This document shows, piece after piece, positions 12,623 through 28,713 of a stretch of 64,000 nt of DNA. Both the position numbers and the translations under genes were made by a program. Position 1 is the first letter of the stretch. Each line of letters starts with the position of its first letter. Source of the stretch: Macrostomum lignano. Its lineage: Eukaryota. Location: NCBI GenBank assembly GCA_002269645.1, contig NIVC01003481.1:1-64000 (forward strand), in the 5' to 3' direction. The notes under the pieces were generated by a model. The model was not told where the DNA came from. It did not search any database and saw only the letters and a program-made list of their open reading frames with translations.

Positions 12623-13270
12623 CCTGGTCAGGTTGGTCTTGTTGAACAGCTGGTCCATCACCCGGATGCGCTCTCGCATGCTGGACAAGTAGAAGGCGTT
12701 TCCTCCGGCAATGGGCACCGGGCTTTCCGAGGGCGTTGGCGACTGCGGTGCTTTCTGCTTTTGTTGCTGCTGCTGCTGCTGCTGATGTGGCCGCTCCGGC
12801 TGAGTCACGGACATCAGGCTCGGCAGGATGGCCTCCTCTTCGTAAGCCACCGACGAAGTGCCAGACTTGGTTTCCTGCAGCGACATTTGCTGACGGACCA
12901 GCTGAGGCTGAGGTCCCCAGCCTCTTGCTGCTTGGCCGTCTTCTTGCAGACTGCTTCTAGCGGCAGCCGAATGGTTGGCGGTGGCTGCAGCACCGGCCGC
13001 GGGGGGAGCAGGGGAGTGCTGAGACCGGTTCATCGATGCCGGTGTCCGCCTGGCTTCCGGAGGCGCGGAGAAGATCAAAGCCTGCGGGCTGGTCTTCAGC
13101 TTCGGCGACAGACTGGCTGCGACAGCAGCGCCGGAGCGTCTAACCGTCGTGGGCGACTCGGCGTGGATCCCGGAGTCATTCGATGCCACCTCGGATGCGG
13201 CTGCTGCTGCTGCGGCAGCGGAGGCTGCTGGGACTGCGGGGCTGCCAGGAAAGTCTGGGAGCTGCGTCAG
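12623..13270 (-). CDS. mig-10-like: MRL-family adaptor, exon 2 (low-complexity linker plus pre-RA helix)
   Basis: ttcccacag|CTG acceptor, AGG|gtgagg donor, 648 nt open (LTQLPDFPGS...MRERIRVMDQLFNKTNLTR), phase 0/0. Confidence 0.8.
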
Positions 13271-13308
13271 CTGTGGGAAGGTGGCAAATTTGAAGCACCT
13301 TTGTTAGG

Positions 13309-14247
13309 CTCTGGTCATGTGACCTTGGGTTTCTCTGGTCATGAGACCTTGAGTTTCTCTGGTCATGAGACCTTGGGATTCTCTGGTGGTGTGACCTTCG
13401 GATTCTCTGGTCATGTGACCTTGGGATTCTCTGGTAGTGTGACCTTGGGTTTCTCTGGTCATGTGACCTTGGGGTTCTCTGGTCATGTGACCCTGAGTTT
13501 CTCTGGTTATGTGACATTGGGTTGCTCTGGGTTTCTCTGGTCATGTGACCTTGGGTTTCTCTAGTTATGTGACCTTGGGATTCTCTGGTTATGTAACCTT
13601 GGGATTCTCTGGTCATGTGATTCTCTGGTCATGGTTTCTCTGGTCATTCTCTGGATGACCTCTCTGGTGGATGTGACCTTCTGGTAGTGTGACCTTGGGT
13701 TTCTCTGGTCATGTGACCTTGGGTTTCTCTAGTTATGTGACCTTGGGATTCTCTGGTTATGTAACCTTGGGATTCTCTGGTCATGTGACCTTGGGTTTCT
13801 CTGGTCATGAGACCTTGGGATTCTCTGGTGGTGTGACCTTGGGATTCTCTGGTCATGAGACCTTGGGATTCTCTGGTGGTGTGACCTTGGGATTCTCTGG
13901 TCATGAGACCTTGGGATTCTCTGGTTATGTGACATTGGGTTGCTCTGGGTTTCCCTGGTCATGTGACCTTGGGATTCTCTGGTCATGTGACCTTGGGATT
14001 CTCTGGTCATGAGACCTTGGGATTCTCTGGTCATGTGACCTTGGGTTCTCTGGTCATGTGACCCTGGGTTTCTCTGGTCATGTGACCTTGGGTTTCTCTG
14101 GTCATGAGACCTTAGGATTCTCTGGTCATGAGACCTTGGGATTCTCTGGTCATGTGACCTTGGGGTTCTCTGGTCATGTGACCCTGGGTTTCTCTGGTCA
14201 TGTGACCTTGGGTTTCTCTGGTCATGAGACCTTAGGATTCTCTGGTC
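13309..14247. repeat. 24-bp minisatellite with variant units
   Basis: Unit CTCTGGTCATGTGACCTTGGGATT; fills the intron between MRL exons 1 and 2. Confidence 0.95.
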
Positions 14248-14308
14248 CTGCTTTCTAAGAATTTTCTGGTCATGCTGCACGAAGGCAGTTCTGGTCGCAG
14301 CTGCTTGC

Positions 14309-14545
14309 CTCTTCAGGTGGCGGAGGCGGCGGAAAATCGTCTCGACTCTCGTCCATCTCCAGCAAAGCTTCTAGACATTGTTGTTGCTGCTGCTGTTGTT
14401 GCTTTTGCTGCGGCGGCGGTGGTGGCGGCGGCTCTTCCTCTGGCTTCCGTTTCGCCTCGCGATTCTCCTCGCGCAGACACTTGTCCAAGTCCAGCTGCAG
14501 GGCGTGCAGACTGTCCAGTATGCTGTCCAATTCGTTAGTTGCCAT
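14309..14545 (-). CDS. mig-10-like: MRL-family adaptor, coding exon 1 (N-terminal acidic amphipathic helix, FPPPP motif)
   Basis: tttccATGG start at 14545; encodes MATNELDSILDSLHALQLDLD...DDFPPPPPPEE (EVH1-ligand FPPPP). Best donor is non-canonical GAG|GCAAGC (phase 0), matching the next exon's phase. Confidence 0.75.
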
Positions 14546-15018
14546 GGAAACCAATGCGCAAATCGTTAATCGACGGCAATACAAAAGAGTTAAGCAGATC
14601 AAGTTAAAAGCAGAAAAGCCCAGTTAATCACCGCGCCAGTAAGGTGAATGTAAAAAAGGTTACGGAAGGTTCGGTCTAGGACTAATAAAAGGTCTGGGCT
14701 GATGCACAACTGAACGCTGATGAAGCCTGGATGCTGGATGGGAGATTGGACAGTTTCTGGTGGGTCAGAGGGAGCCGGACTGGCTGGCATGCAGAAGACA
14801 AAAACTGCAGACGATTGGGGGGGGGGGGTTGTGGCCAAGCCACACTTCGCCTGTGCTGGTGGAGGGCGGTGCGGCACTCGGGTAAGTGGCTGGCTGGGTA
14901 GGAGGGTGAAAGTTCCTGCGCATTTGGCAGTACGCGTACAGTCGGGGAAGACCATGGACTACTGAACACAGCACTGGGACTGACTGGAATGGAAAGCAAG
15001 TTGACCCCATGCTAGCGA

Positions 15019-15019
<1 letters not shown>

Positions 15020-15109
<90 letters not shown>

Positions 15110-15118
15110 CATCTATCC
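15020..15118. repeat. (ATCT)n microsatellite
   Basis: Direct inspection. Confidence 0.97.
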
Positions 15119-15864
15119 ACAGGCAAGACTCGCCAAGAAACATGACTCCTCATTTCACTAGTGAGGGAGGGCAACTGACCCTTCGCTGGTTTGCTGGATC
15201 CCCCATGGCAGTTAAGCAATAATCTCCAATAATTCTACAACAATATCGAAAGCCCTCCGCCCAGATACTAGATCCCAGCAGTCCATGAGCAGGCCACAGT
15301 CACGCATGCATAGAAAGGAAACACTATAGGAAACTTTTTTCTCTCTCGTCTCGCCACTCAGCCTGGGTGGGTGTGGGTGGTCTCTGGTGTCACCAACGCG
15401 CCGAACTCCTCTGCTTTGCGCCCTGCTTTGCGCCCCCGATCGCTCAATGCCAACGCATGCACAGTGATAGGCCAAAAATCAAGCATAAAAGCTGAGGCTA
15501 CGCGTACCGCACTACTTCACTGTACGGTCCTGCCTCTCGCCCTACAAATATCGGTATTTGCTAAGCGGAGCACTCAACCATGGGGGCAGGGAGAATGGGA
15601 AGAGAGAGGAAAGGGACTGAGAAGCAACTTGGCCGCCCAAATCCCAACTGCTGTGGTGCAAAACCCAAAACGCAAAACTTGTACCAATTAAGCAGCTTTG
15701 CACAGCGCAACCTACTTTAATTAATCAGCAAGCAAGTAAAATGATGGCATTCCCGTGTCTGCTGTGGCAGCCTCGCCGATACATCTGGGATAAATCTGTG
15801 TGCCTTCCCTCAGTTTACCTGCGCTAAAGTACATCTTGCTCTCTTCATCCTTTCCTACTGAATC

Positions 15865-17640
15865 ACACTCAGCCTTCCAATCTCAGCCTTAGTCTCCCAA
15901 TCTCACCCTCAGCCTCCCAATCTCTCTCTCGGTCTCCCAACCTGACCGTCAGTCTCCCAGTCTCACCCTTAGTCTCCCAGTCTCACCCTCAGTCTCCCAA
16001 TCTCACCCTCAATCTCTCAATCTCACCCTCAGCCTCCCAATCTCACCCTCAGCCTCCCAATCTCTCTCTCGGTCTCCCATTCTCATCTCAGTCTCCCAAT
16101 CTCACCCTCAGTCTCCCATTCTCACCCTCAGTCTCCCAATCTCACCCTCCGAAATCTCAGCTCGGTCTCCTCTCACCTTCAGTGTCCCAATCTCACCGCA
16201 GCTCACCCTCAGTCTCCCAAATGCCATCGAGGTTCTTTAGACAGGGCCAGTTTCTCTAACTCTCACATGAACAACACGTGACAAACCTGCTTGGCTTCCC
16301 AAAGACTCCATAAATAAAGAAATTATGGATTCGTTTCGCTCTAGTTCTCGGACGTCATAAACTTCTGTCCGTGCCATTTCCCCCAACATTTTATACAATT
16401 TCTCATTCGCAGTCATGAAATTTACATGAATTCATCGCCTACTGACAGTAGAGACTAAAACCCTGCAGTTATTTGAAACTTCAGTTTTTATGAGATTTGA
16501 AATCTCATTTTACAGCCAACTGATAGCTAGCCGCCTCACCATTGGTCTAGAGCTTGTCAGCCAATCAAATTAGTCCGGAACAGTCATGCGTGATTCTGAA
16601 GGGTCCTCTGGATGGGGCTATGCTTTGTGGATTCCCCCCGGCAAATGGAACAGAATGAGTCATTCCCAGACCGAACATTGGTACAGAAATCATTTTAATT
16701 GCTTTTCTCTGCTTCTGCCGATTTTGCTTGATTTTCAAAGATTGCGCGAGAGAAAAAAGAGAAATACTGGTAAAGATTGAGCGGCAAATTCGCGTCATCT
16801 CTGATGCAGGGAAATCGTTGGAAAATTATCCATTTCTAAGCTGTTTGTCAGCTCTGAGAAATAATTTGGGTGCTCTGGGGGCCTTTATTGCAAAACAGCA
16901 TCATCCTGGGGATTCGAGTAAAGAATGACCTGAAGCTGAGACAGGGAGACTGAGGGTGAGATTGGGAGACTGAAGGGAGATTGGGAGACTGAGGGTGAGA
17001 TTGGGAAACTGAAGGGAGATTGGGAGACTGAAGGGAGATTGGGAGACTGAAGGGAGATTGGGAGACTGAGGGTGAGATTGGGAGACTGAAGGGAGATTGG
17101 GAGACTGAGGGTGAGATTGGGAGACTGAAGGGAGATTGGGAGACTGAGGGTGAGATTGGGAGACTGAAGGGAGATTGGGAGACTGAGGGTGAGATTGGGA
17201 GACTGAGGGTGAGACTGGGAGACCGAAGGTGAGATTGGGAGACTGAAGGTGAGATTAAGAGACTGAGGGTGAGAATGGGAGACTGAGGGTGAGAATGGGA
17301 GACTGAGGGCGAGATAAGAAGACTGAGGGTGAGACTGAGAGACTGAAGGTGAGATTGGGAGACTGAAATTGAGATTGAGAGACTGAAAGTGAGATTGGGA
17401 GACTGAAGGTGAGATTGGGAGACTGAGGGTGAGATTGGGAGACTGAGGGTGAGAATGGGAGACTGAGGGTGAGAATGGGAGACGAGGGCGAGATTGGGAG
17501 ACTGAAAGTGAGATTGGGAGATTGAGGGTGAGATTGGGAGAGTGAGGGTGAGAATGGCAGACTGAGGGTGAGATTGGGAGACTGAGGGGAGAACGGGAAA
17601 CTGAGAGTGAGATTGGGAGACTGAGGGAGAGAATGGGAGA
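15865..17640. repeat. Inverted pair of 20-bp minisatellite arrays (15865-16220 and 16940-17640) around a ~720-bp spacer
   Basis: Left unit AGTCTCCCAATCTCACCCTC is the exact reverse complement of right unit GAGGGTGAGATTGGGAGACT. Confidence 0.92.
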
Positions 17641-17969
17641 CTCCGGGTGAACGAATGGAGACTGTAGATAAATTGAGATAATTATGTATGGAAAATTAAA
17701 GAGGTCAGCAACGTTTCACACACAATGCAAAGATCAACTTGAAGATTCGCCAGAAAATGTTCCAACAGTTTCATGTCGACGAAGGCCAACAAGGACGGCA
17801 GAGCCTCCAGCTGAGTGCTGGGCTGAGGTGCTCATCAGGATCGATAGAGCAGATGCCACATTCTCCTATTAAGTAGATCCCCTTTCATTCAAGTGGTTAC
17901 AAGGGTCCTTCGGTTCCGAATGGATTCCAGCTTTTAAAAATGAAGTGAGTGGCCTCTGGGCTTTGTAGG

Positions 17970-19197
<1,228 letters not shown>

Positions 19198-19830
19198 AGC
19201 AGATCAGTAGGGATCAACTGATTATACGAGCTACTCAGAGCGCTACATCCCAGAGACAGCATAGCACTGATTAGACCCGCACTCCCCGAGCCCTCCATCA
19301 AATTAATAATTCAGCTCCGCCGTCTCCTCATCTGATTATTGTTAAAGCTATGCGACTGCCTAGAGAGCGGGAAGTGAGTGAGTTGGAATCCCTCACTATC
19401 GCATCCCTTCTACTCGATTTGTTTCCAAATCAGCCCGCTAAGCAACCCCCCACCGACCCCCCCCCCCCGGCCATTAACTGCGCGGCCGGGCAGCCGAAGG
19501 AAAGGAAACGCTGGCAGACTTGAGGCAGGCAGGGGGTGTCGGTTTCTCCCAGTGTCTTTGTCCCAGCTTGCAGACACGCACGCAACCGCCCTTGAGGACC
19601 CCCTCCCCACTGATCTGCTGTCTTTGCCTTCTTTTGCCTCTAGGAGAAGACACACAGACTTAGTATAGTGAGTGAACAAGGCGAAACTCGCAACTGGAGA
19701 GCCAAAATAAACAAATAAATGACGTCATTCTAACAGGAACATTAATATAATTGTTTTACCTGACGCGGGTTGCGGGCGAGAGGGGTCGGGGGGCATTGAC
19801 GAATGGTAAATTATATGGAGTTTCCTAGCG

Positions 19831-20102
19831 CCCCTGGTGCAAAAGTCCCTGGTGCTAAAGCCCCTGGTGCTAAAGCCCCTGGTGCTAAAGTCCCTGGTGC
19901 TAAAGCCTCTGGTGCTAAAGCCTCTGGTGCTAAAGCCCCTGGTGCTAAAGCCCCTGGTGCTAAAGCCCCTGGTGCTAAAGCCCCTGGTGCTAAAGCCCCC
20001 TCAAATGAAAACGGCGCCCCTCAAATGAAAACGGCGCCCCTCAAATAAAAACGGCGCCCCTCAAATGAAAACGGCGCCCCTCAAATGAAAACGGCGCCCC
20101 CT
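19831..20102. repeat. Compound array: 15-mer then 20-mer
   Basis: CCCCTGGTGCTAAAG to ~19998, then TCAAATGAAAACGGCGCCCC x5. Confidence 0.95.
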
Positions 20103-20362
20103 TCTGATGATACAGCCTCCCGTGAAAAATCCTACGATAAGGATTAGGGACAGGATAGATGGGGAGCAGATTGCGCAGAACAGTCTTCAGCCCTACTATC
20201 ACCTACGTGCGGTCTCCGGGCAAGCCCAGCCCACTGATTTATTGATTTTTTTGTCATCCGGTATCCCCAATCCTAATTTCAAACCCGCATTTCCGTTTTA
20301 CGACTGCAAACCGCCACAGTTCATTCGGAATGGAGCTTGGCGCTTGGCAACTGAGCTTCTGG

Positions 20363-20364
<2 letters not shown>

Positions 20365-20413
<49 letters not shown>
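20365..20413. repeat. (CT)n microsatellite
   Basis: Direct inspection. Confidence 0.95.
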
Positions 20414-20416
<3 letters not shown>

Positions 20417-20524
20417 CATGCAGTCTGCCTTGGGGGTTCTTAATGAGGCAGCTAAGATTCTGATGCGATTTAAGACTGTCATGTGACAATAATTATTTTA
20501 GATAATGCCGATTGGGAGAAAGAA

Positions 20525-21953
20525 GGGGGGAGAGACAGGGAGAGACAGGGGAGAGACAGGGAGAGACAGGGAGAGGCAGGGAGAGACAGGGAGAGACAGG
20601 GGAGAGACAGGGAGAGACAGGGAGAGGCAGGGAGAGACAGGGAGAGACAGGGGAGAGACAGGGAGAGACAGGGAGAGACAGGGGAGAGACAGGGAGAGAC
20701 AGGGAGAGACAGGGAGAGACAGGGAGATGCAGGGGAGAGACAGGGAGAGACAGGGGAGAGACAGGGAAAGACAGGGAGAGACAGGGGAGAGACAAGGAGA
20801 GACAGAGGAGAGACAGGGGAGAGACAAGGAGAGACAGAGGAGAGACAGGGAGAGACAGGGGAGAGACAGAGGAGAGACAGAGGAGAGACAGGGGAGAGAC
20901 AGGGGAGAGACAGGGAGAGACAGGGAGAGACAGGGAGAGGCAGGGGAGAGACAGGGAGAGACAGGGAGAGACAGGGAGAGGCAGGGGAGAGACAGAGGAG
21001 AGACAAGGAGAGACAGAGGAGAGACAGGGAGAGACAGGGAGAGACAGGGAGAGGCAGGGGAGAGACAGGGAGAGACAGGCGAGAGACAGGGAAAGACAGG
21101 GAGAGACAGGGGAGAGACAAGGAGAGACAGGGGAGAGACAGGGAGAGACAGGGAGAGGCAGGGGAGAGACAGGGAGAGACAGGGGAGAGACAAGGAGAGA
21201 CAGAGGAGAGACAGGGAGAGACAAGGAGAGACAGAGGAGAGACAGGGAGAGGCAGGGAGAGACAGGGAGAGACAGGGGAGAGACAGGGGAGAGACAGGGA
21301 GAGACAGGGAGAGGCAGGGGAGAGACAGGGAGAGGCAGGGGAGAGACAGGGAGAGACAGGGAGAGACAGAGAGAGGCAGGGGAGAGACAGGGAGAGACAG
21401 GGGAGAGACAGGGAAAGACAGGGGAGAGACAGGGGAGAGACAGGGAGAGACAGGGAGAGGCAGGGGAGAGACAGGGAGAGACAGGGGAGAGACAAGGAGA
21501 GACAGAGGAGAGACAGGGGAGAGACAAGGAGAGACAGAGGAGAGACAGGGAGAGGCAGGGGAGAGACAGGGAGAGACAGGGGAGAGACAGGGGAGAGACA
21601 GGGAGAGACAGGGAGAGGCAGGGGAGAGACAGGGAGAGGCAGGGGAGAGACAGGGAGAGACAGGGAGAGACAGAGAGAGGCAGGGGAGAGACAGGGAGAG
21701 ACAGGGGAGAGACAGGGAAAGACAGGGAGAGACAGGGGAGAGACAGGGAGAGACAGGGAGAGGCAGGGGAGAGACAGGGAGAGACAGGGGAGAGACAAGG
21801 AGAGACAGAGGAGAGACAGGGGAGAGACAAGGAGAGACAGAGGAGAGACAGAGGAGAGACAGGGGAGAGACAGGGAAAGACAGGGAGAGACAGGGGAGAG
21901 ACAGGGAGAGACAGGGAGAGACAGGGAGAGGCAGGGGAGAGACAGGGAGAGAC
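20525..21953. repeat. 10/11-bp AGAGACAGGG(G) minisatellite
   Basis: Explains the six overlapping ~500-aa spurious ORFs. Confidence 0.96.
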
Positions 21954-22377
21954 AATTGAGGGAAAGAATCCACAACAGAAAGCTCTGTCTGTAGCAGACA
22001 GCGGGCAACCCGACCCATACATTTGCACGCTCATGCACGCTCGCTCTCATGCACGCTCCCAAATTCGGCTGCAGAACTCTGCTCGGCCGGCCATGCTATT
22101 GCTGGCAAATTGGTGAAGCCGCGGAAACGCACAGGGAGTAGCAGGAGAGAGTGGGTGGAAGCGAGGCTTGGGTTCGCAAACTGTAGCATTTTTGCCGATT
22201 TTGTCGCAAACCGCCGAGACAGAGAGCTGAGGCCTAATTTATTTTTAGCTGAATAGTGTTTCTGAGGCCCACGGCTTTATCGAACGTGTTATTGTAACAG
22301 AAATTGCTGAATTTTGCTTCAGTTCCGAAATTGAACTCGATAAAAGCAAACAGAGAAAGGCATTATTTGCACACGCT

Positions 22378-23537
22378 GCTGTCTTGTCCTCTCACTCTGC
22401 TGTCTTGTCCTCTCACTCTGCTGTCTTGTCCTCTCACTCTGCTGTCTTGTCCTCTCACTCTGCTGTCTCATCTCCTCACTCTGCTGTCTCATCTCCTCAC
22501 TCTGCTTTCTCATCTCCTCACTCTGCTGTCTTGTCCTCTCACTCTGCTGTCTTGTCCTCTCACTCTGCTGTCTCATCTCCTCACTCTGCTGTCTCATCTC
22601 CTCACTCTGCTGTCTTGTCCTCTCACTCTGCTGTCTTGTCCTCTCACTCTGCTGTCTTGTCCTCTCACTCTACTGTCTCATCTCCTCACTCTGCTGTCTC
22701 ATCTCCTCACTCTGCTGTCTTGTCCTCTCACTCTGCTGTCTTGTCCCCTCACTCTGCTGTCTTGTCCTCTCACTCTGCTGTCTTGTCCTCTCACTCTGCT
22801 GTCTTGTCCTCTCACTCTGCTGTCTTGTCCTCTCACTCTGCTGTCTTGTCCCTCACTCTGCTGTCTTGTCCTCTCACTCTGCTGTCTCATCTCCTCACTC
22901 TGCTGTCTCATCTCCTCACTCTGCTGTCTCATCTCCTCACTCTGCTGTCTCATCTCCTCACTCTGCTGTCTCATCTCCTCACTCTGCTGTCTCATCTCCT
23001 CACTCTGCTGTCTCATCTCCTCACTCTGCTGTCTCATCTCCTCACTCTGCTGTCTTGTCCTCTCACTCTGCTGTCTTGTCCTCTCACTCTGCTGTCTTGT
23101 CCTCTCACTCTACTGTCTCATCTCCTCACTCTGCTGTCTCATCTCCTCACTCTGCTGTCTCATCTCCTCACTCTGCTGTCTTGTCCTCTCACTCTGCTGT
23201 CTTGTCCTCTCACTCTGCTGTCTTGTCCTCTCACTCTGCTGTCTTGTCCCCTCACTCTGCTGTCTTGTCCTCTCACTCTGCTGTCTCATCTCCTCACTCT
23301 GCTGTCTCATCTCCTCACTCTGCTGTCTCATCTCCTCACTCTGCTGTCTCATCTCCTCACTCTGCTGTCTCATCTCCTCACTCTGCTGTCTCATCTCCTC
23401 ACTCTGCTGTCTCATCTCCTCACTCTGCTGTCTCATCTCCTCACTCTGCTGTCTCATCTCCTCACTCTGCTGTCTTGTCCTCTCACTCTACTTTCTTGTC
23501 CTCTCTCTCTGCTGTCTTGTCCTCTCACTCTGCTGTC
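22378..23537. repeat. 21-bp minisatellite with two alternating variant blocks
   Basis: TCACTCTGCTGTCTTGTCCTC and TCACTCTGCTGTCTCATCTCC. Confidence 0.96.
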
Positions 23538-23774
23538 ATGTCTTGGAAGGGCCTCATTTTTTTAATTTGCAAATAGTTGCCAATTGGAAGGATTGAAAGT
23601 AACTCGGGTGGAGAATATGGATCAAGTGGGGAGTTGGTGGATCAGTTTTGCGAAACGCTAAACATCACCCATTTAACCAAATTTAATTCCTTTATCCAGT
23701 CGCAGTTTTTGTTGCACAAAGATCTCCGCTTCCTCACCGCGCATAGGAGCCACCCGAGCCAGTGTTAAGTGAAG

Positions 23775-24125
23775 NNNNNNNNNNNNNNNNNNNNNNNNNN
23801 NNNNNNNNNNNNNNNNNNNNNNNNNNNNNNNNNNNNNNNNNNNNNNNNNNNNNNNNNNNNNNNNNNNNNNNNNNNNNNNNNNNNNNNNNNNNNNNNNNNN
23901 NNNNNNNNNNNNNNNNNNNNNNNNNNNNNNNNNNNNNNNNNNNNNNNNNNNNNNNNNNNNNNNNNNNNNNNNNNNNNNNNNNNNNNNNNNNNNNNNNNNN
24001 NNNNNNNNNNNNNNNNNNNNNNNNNNNNNNNNNNNNNNNNNNNNNNNNNNNNNNNNNNNNNNNNNNNNNNNNNNNNNNNNNNNNNNNNNNNNNNNNNNNN
24101 NNNNNNNNNNNNNNNNNNNNNNNNN
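23775..24125. other. Assembly gap (351 N)
   Basis: Run of N. Confidence 1.
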
Positions 24126-24253
24126 TGGGAGATAGGGGAGACAAAAATAGGGGACAAAATCCCTAACAAGGACCCCCCACCCTAAAGTGGAAATTCTGGG
24201 ACCAAAGCTTTGAATTAGGATTTGACAATAGCTGCACAGGAAGCTGGCGCTAG

Positions 24254-25231
<978 letters not shown>

Positions 25232-25483
25232 TGAGAGGCAGTCTGGGATCTTAGGTTAAATTGGGCCCAGGGGCCGGTGGTAGAGTGTGACTCATCCTAT
25301 ATCATCATCAGGTACTGCTGGGCAATATTTCATTCAGACAAAATTCTCCCCCAAGGTAAACTCGAGGCCATCCAGGTGTTGCAAAGACAGTCTGCCGAAT
25401 GGTGGCCCTCGTTTTTATGACCTGTTTCTCATCTGTTTTTATCGATATTCTGCGAGCTATAAGTGCATTCACACTTAACCACA

Positions 25484-27140
25484 CGGAATGAACTGATGGC
25501 CCCGAATGATCACCGCAATAAACTGATGGCTCCGAATGATCACCGGAATGAACTGATGGCTTCGAATGATCACCGGAATGAACTGATGGCTCCGAATGAT
25601 CACCGGAATGAACTGATGGCTCCGGGTGATCACCGAAATGAACTGATGGCTCCGGGTGATCACCGGAATGAACTGATGGTTCTGAATGATCACCGGAATG
25701 AACTGATGGCTCCAGAGATTATCACCGGAATGAACTGATGGTTCTGAATGATCACCGGAATGAACTGATGGTTCTGAATGATCACCGAAATGAACTGATG
25801 GTTCTGAATGATCACCGGAATGAACTGATGGCTCCAGAGATTATCACCGGAATGAACTGATGGTTCTGAATGATCACCGGAATGAACTGATGGTTCTGAA
25901 TGATCACCGGAATGAACTGATGGCTCCAGAGATGATCACCGGAATGAACTGATGGCTCCGAATGATCACCGAAATGAACTGATGGCTCCAGAGATGATCA
26001 CCGGAATGAACTGATGGCTCCAGAGATTATCACCGGAATGAACTGATGGCTCCAGAGATTATCACCGGAATGAACTGATGGCTCCAGAGATTATCACCGG
26101 AATGAACTGATGGCTCCAGAGATTATCACCGGAATGAACTGATGGCTCCAGAGATTATCACCGAAATGAACTGATGGTTCTGAATGATCACCGGAATGAA
26201 CTGATGGCTCCAGAGATTATCACCGGAATGAACTGATGGTTCTGAATGATCACCGAAATGAACTGATGGCTCCAGAGATGATCACCGGAATGAACTGATG
26301 GCTCCAGAGATTATCACCGGAATGAAATGATGGCTCCAGAGATGATCACCGGAATGAACTGATGGCTCCAGAGATTATCACCGGAATGAACTGGTGACTC
26401 CAAATGATCACCGAAATGAACTGATGGCTCCGAATGATCACCGAAATGAACTGATGGCTCCGGGTGATCACCGAAATGAACTGATGGCTCCGACTGATCA
26501 CCGGAATGAACTGATGGCTCCGAATGATCACCGGAATGAACTGATGGCTCCGAATGATCACCGGAATGAACTGATGGCCCTGAATGATCACCGGAATGAA
26601 CTGATGGCTCCAGAGATTATCCCCGGAATGAAATGATGGCTCCAGAGATGATCACCGGAATGAACTGATGGCTCCAGAGATTATCACCGGAATGAACTGG
26701 TGACTCCAAATGATCACCGAAATGAACTGATGGCTCCGAATGATCACCGGAATGAACTGATGGCTCCGACTGATCACCGGAATGAACTGATGGCTCCGAA
26801 TGATCACCGAAATGAACTGATGGCTCCGGGTGATCACCGAAATGAACTGATGGCTCCGAATGTTCACCGAAATGAACTGATGGCTCCGGGTGATCACCGG
26901 AATGAACTGATGGTTCTGAATGATCACCGGAATGAACTGATGGCTCCGGGTGATCACCGAAATGAACTGATGGCTCCGGGTGATCACCGGAATGAACTGA
27001 TGGTTCTGAATGATCACCGGAATGAACTGATGGCTCCGGGTGATCACCGAAATGAACTGATGGCTCCGGGTGATCACCGGAATGAACTGATGGTTCTGAA
27101 TGATCACCGGAATGAACTGATAGCCCTGAATGACAACCGG
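25484..27140. repeat. 30-bp (and ~32-bp variant) minisatellite
   Basis: Unit GATCACCGGAATGAACTGATGGCTCCGAAT. Confidence 0.96.
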
Positions 27141-27827
27141 AAGTCCAGAAAAAGGAAAAAACCTGTCCAACTGAATGCATTCTAAAACTATACTGCAGGC
27201 TGAAGCAGTATTCATAGAAAAATCGCTATCACACTTCGCCTCGCCTTTAATTATAGTCAAGGTGTCAGCGGCGTCGGCATACGCTAAGCCTCTTTTAGCA
27301 GGTGTGATTTTTGCGATGCACAGAACAGGGTGAACTGCCTGCCCTCTGCTGCGCGCGGATCCCCCTTTTCGCGCCTCTGCAATCAATCAATTTGGTTTCA
27401 GGCTGAAATAATCCCATCATATCCCACGATTCGGCGCATGACCGCAGCCTTAAAGAGGCTGATACGAGGGAAGAATTCGCTGCCCGGCCTCAATAAAATG
27501 CCGATCCCTACACCCAAGGAGAAAACCGTGCGCATTCATAGAGGATGCTGGAGCTTTGGCATAGAAAATCAATACGCATAACGCGTGCATTTAGCCTACA
27601 ATCCTCGCCTATTGTCCCATCAATCTTTTCAAAGAAACTGTGAATACCCACCAGTAGGCTAACAATTCGGTATTGAATATGCACACTTTATGAGCCAAGT
27701 AGATCGGACACACCCCACCCACCCTGTGTTTGGCTCGAGCTGTGCGGCCACTTTGATATTTGGCAGGGTTATATATAATACTTGTGAGTAGCAAATTAAT
27801 TTGCTGTGTACCAATCCACCAAGCAAA

Positions 27828-28410
27828 TCTACCCTACAAAATCTACCACAAAAGTCTACCACACCAATCTACTACACCAATCTACTACACCGATCTACCA
27901 CACCAATCTACTACACCGATCTACCACACCAATCTACTACACCGATCTACCACACCAATCTACTACATCGATCTACCACACCAATCTACTACACCGATCT
28001 ACCACACCAATCAACTACTCCGATCTACCACACCAATCTACTACACCGATCTACCACACCAATCTACTACATCGATCGACCACCGCACCAATCTACCTCA
28101 TCATTCTACCATACTAATCTACCACAGCAATCTACCACAACAATCTACCACACCAATCTACCACACCAATCTACTACACCGATCTACCACACCAATCTAC
28201 TACACCGATCTACCACACCAATCTACTACACCGATCTACCACACCAATCTACTACACCGATCTACCACACCAATCTATTACATCGATCGACCACCGCACC
28301 AATCTACCTCATCATTCTACCATACTAATCTACCACAGCAATCTACCACAGCAATCTACCACACCAATCTAATATGACAATCTACCACATAAATCCACCA
28401 CAACAATCTA
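27828..28410. repeat. 13+13-bp dimeric minisatellite
   Basis: CACCGATCTACCA / CACCAATCTACTA. Confidence 0.92.
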
Positions 28411-28501
28411 GGACAACAATCAACCATGTACAGTATACAACAATATATCAACTAAACCAGCTTGCCATCAAGCGGCCACCAACCCTCCAGCAAGGCTATA
28501 C

Positions 28502-28691
28502 CTTGACGAATCCTCAGGCAGCAGCTCAATAAAGAAGCTGTTCCAAGTTCTGTCGCCGCCTGCCGCCGCCGGGGCCTGCCACTCCAGCTGGCAGAAGTCT
28601 GTGCCCAGCTGGTAATACCGCAGATTGGTCGGACTGTCCGGCTGCGAGAACAGACCGCCCCGTCTGGGCGGCTGTCCGCCTATGGCCGACT
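28502..28691 (-). CDS. unc-40/DCC-like: DCC/neogenin-like receptor, exon E (linker plus first half of FN3-1)
   Basis: tttttctccgcag|AG...TCA AG|gtatag; (E)SAIGG...PDSPTNLRYYQLGTDFCQLEWQAP...WNSFFIELLPEDSS shows the FN3 start pattern P.P..L.......L.W..P. Confidence 0.88.
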
Positions 28692-28713
28692 CTGCGGAGA
28701 AAAAAAACAGAGT

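Noticed and set aside
20479-22116. Six overlapping 480-530-aa ORFs
   Set aside because: Translations of a stop-free 10/11-bp repeat in all frames.
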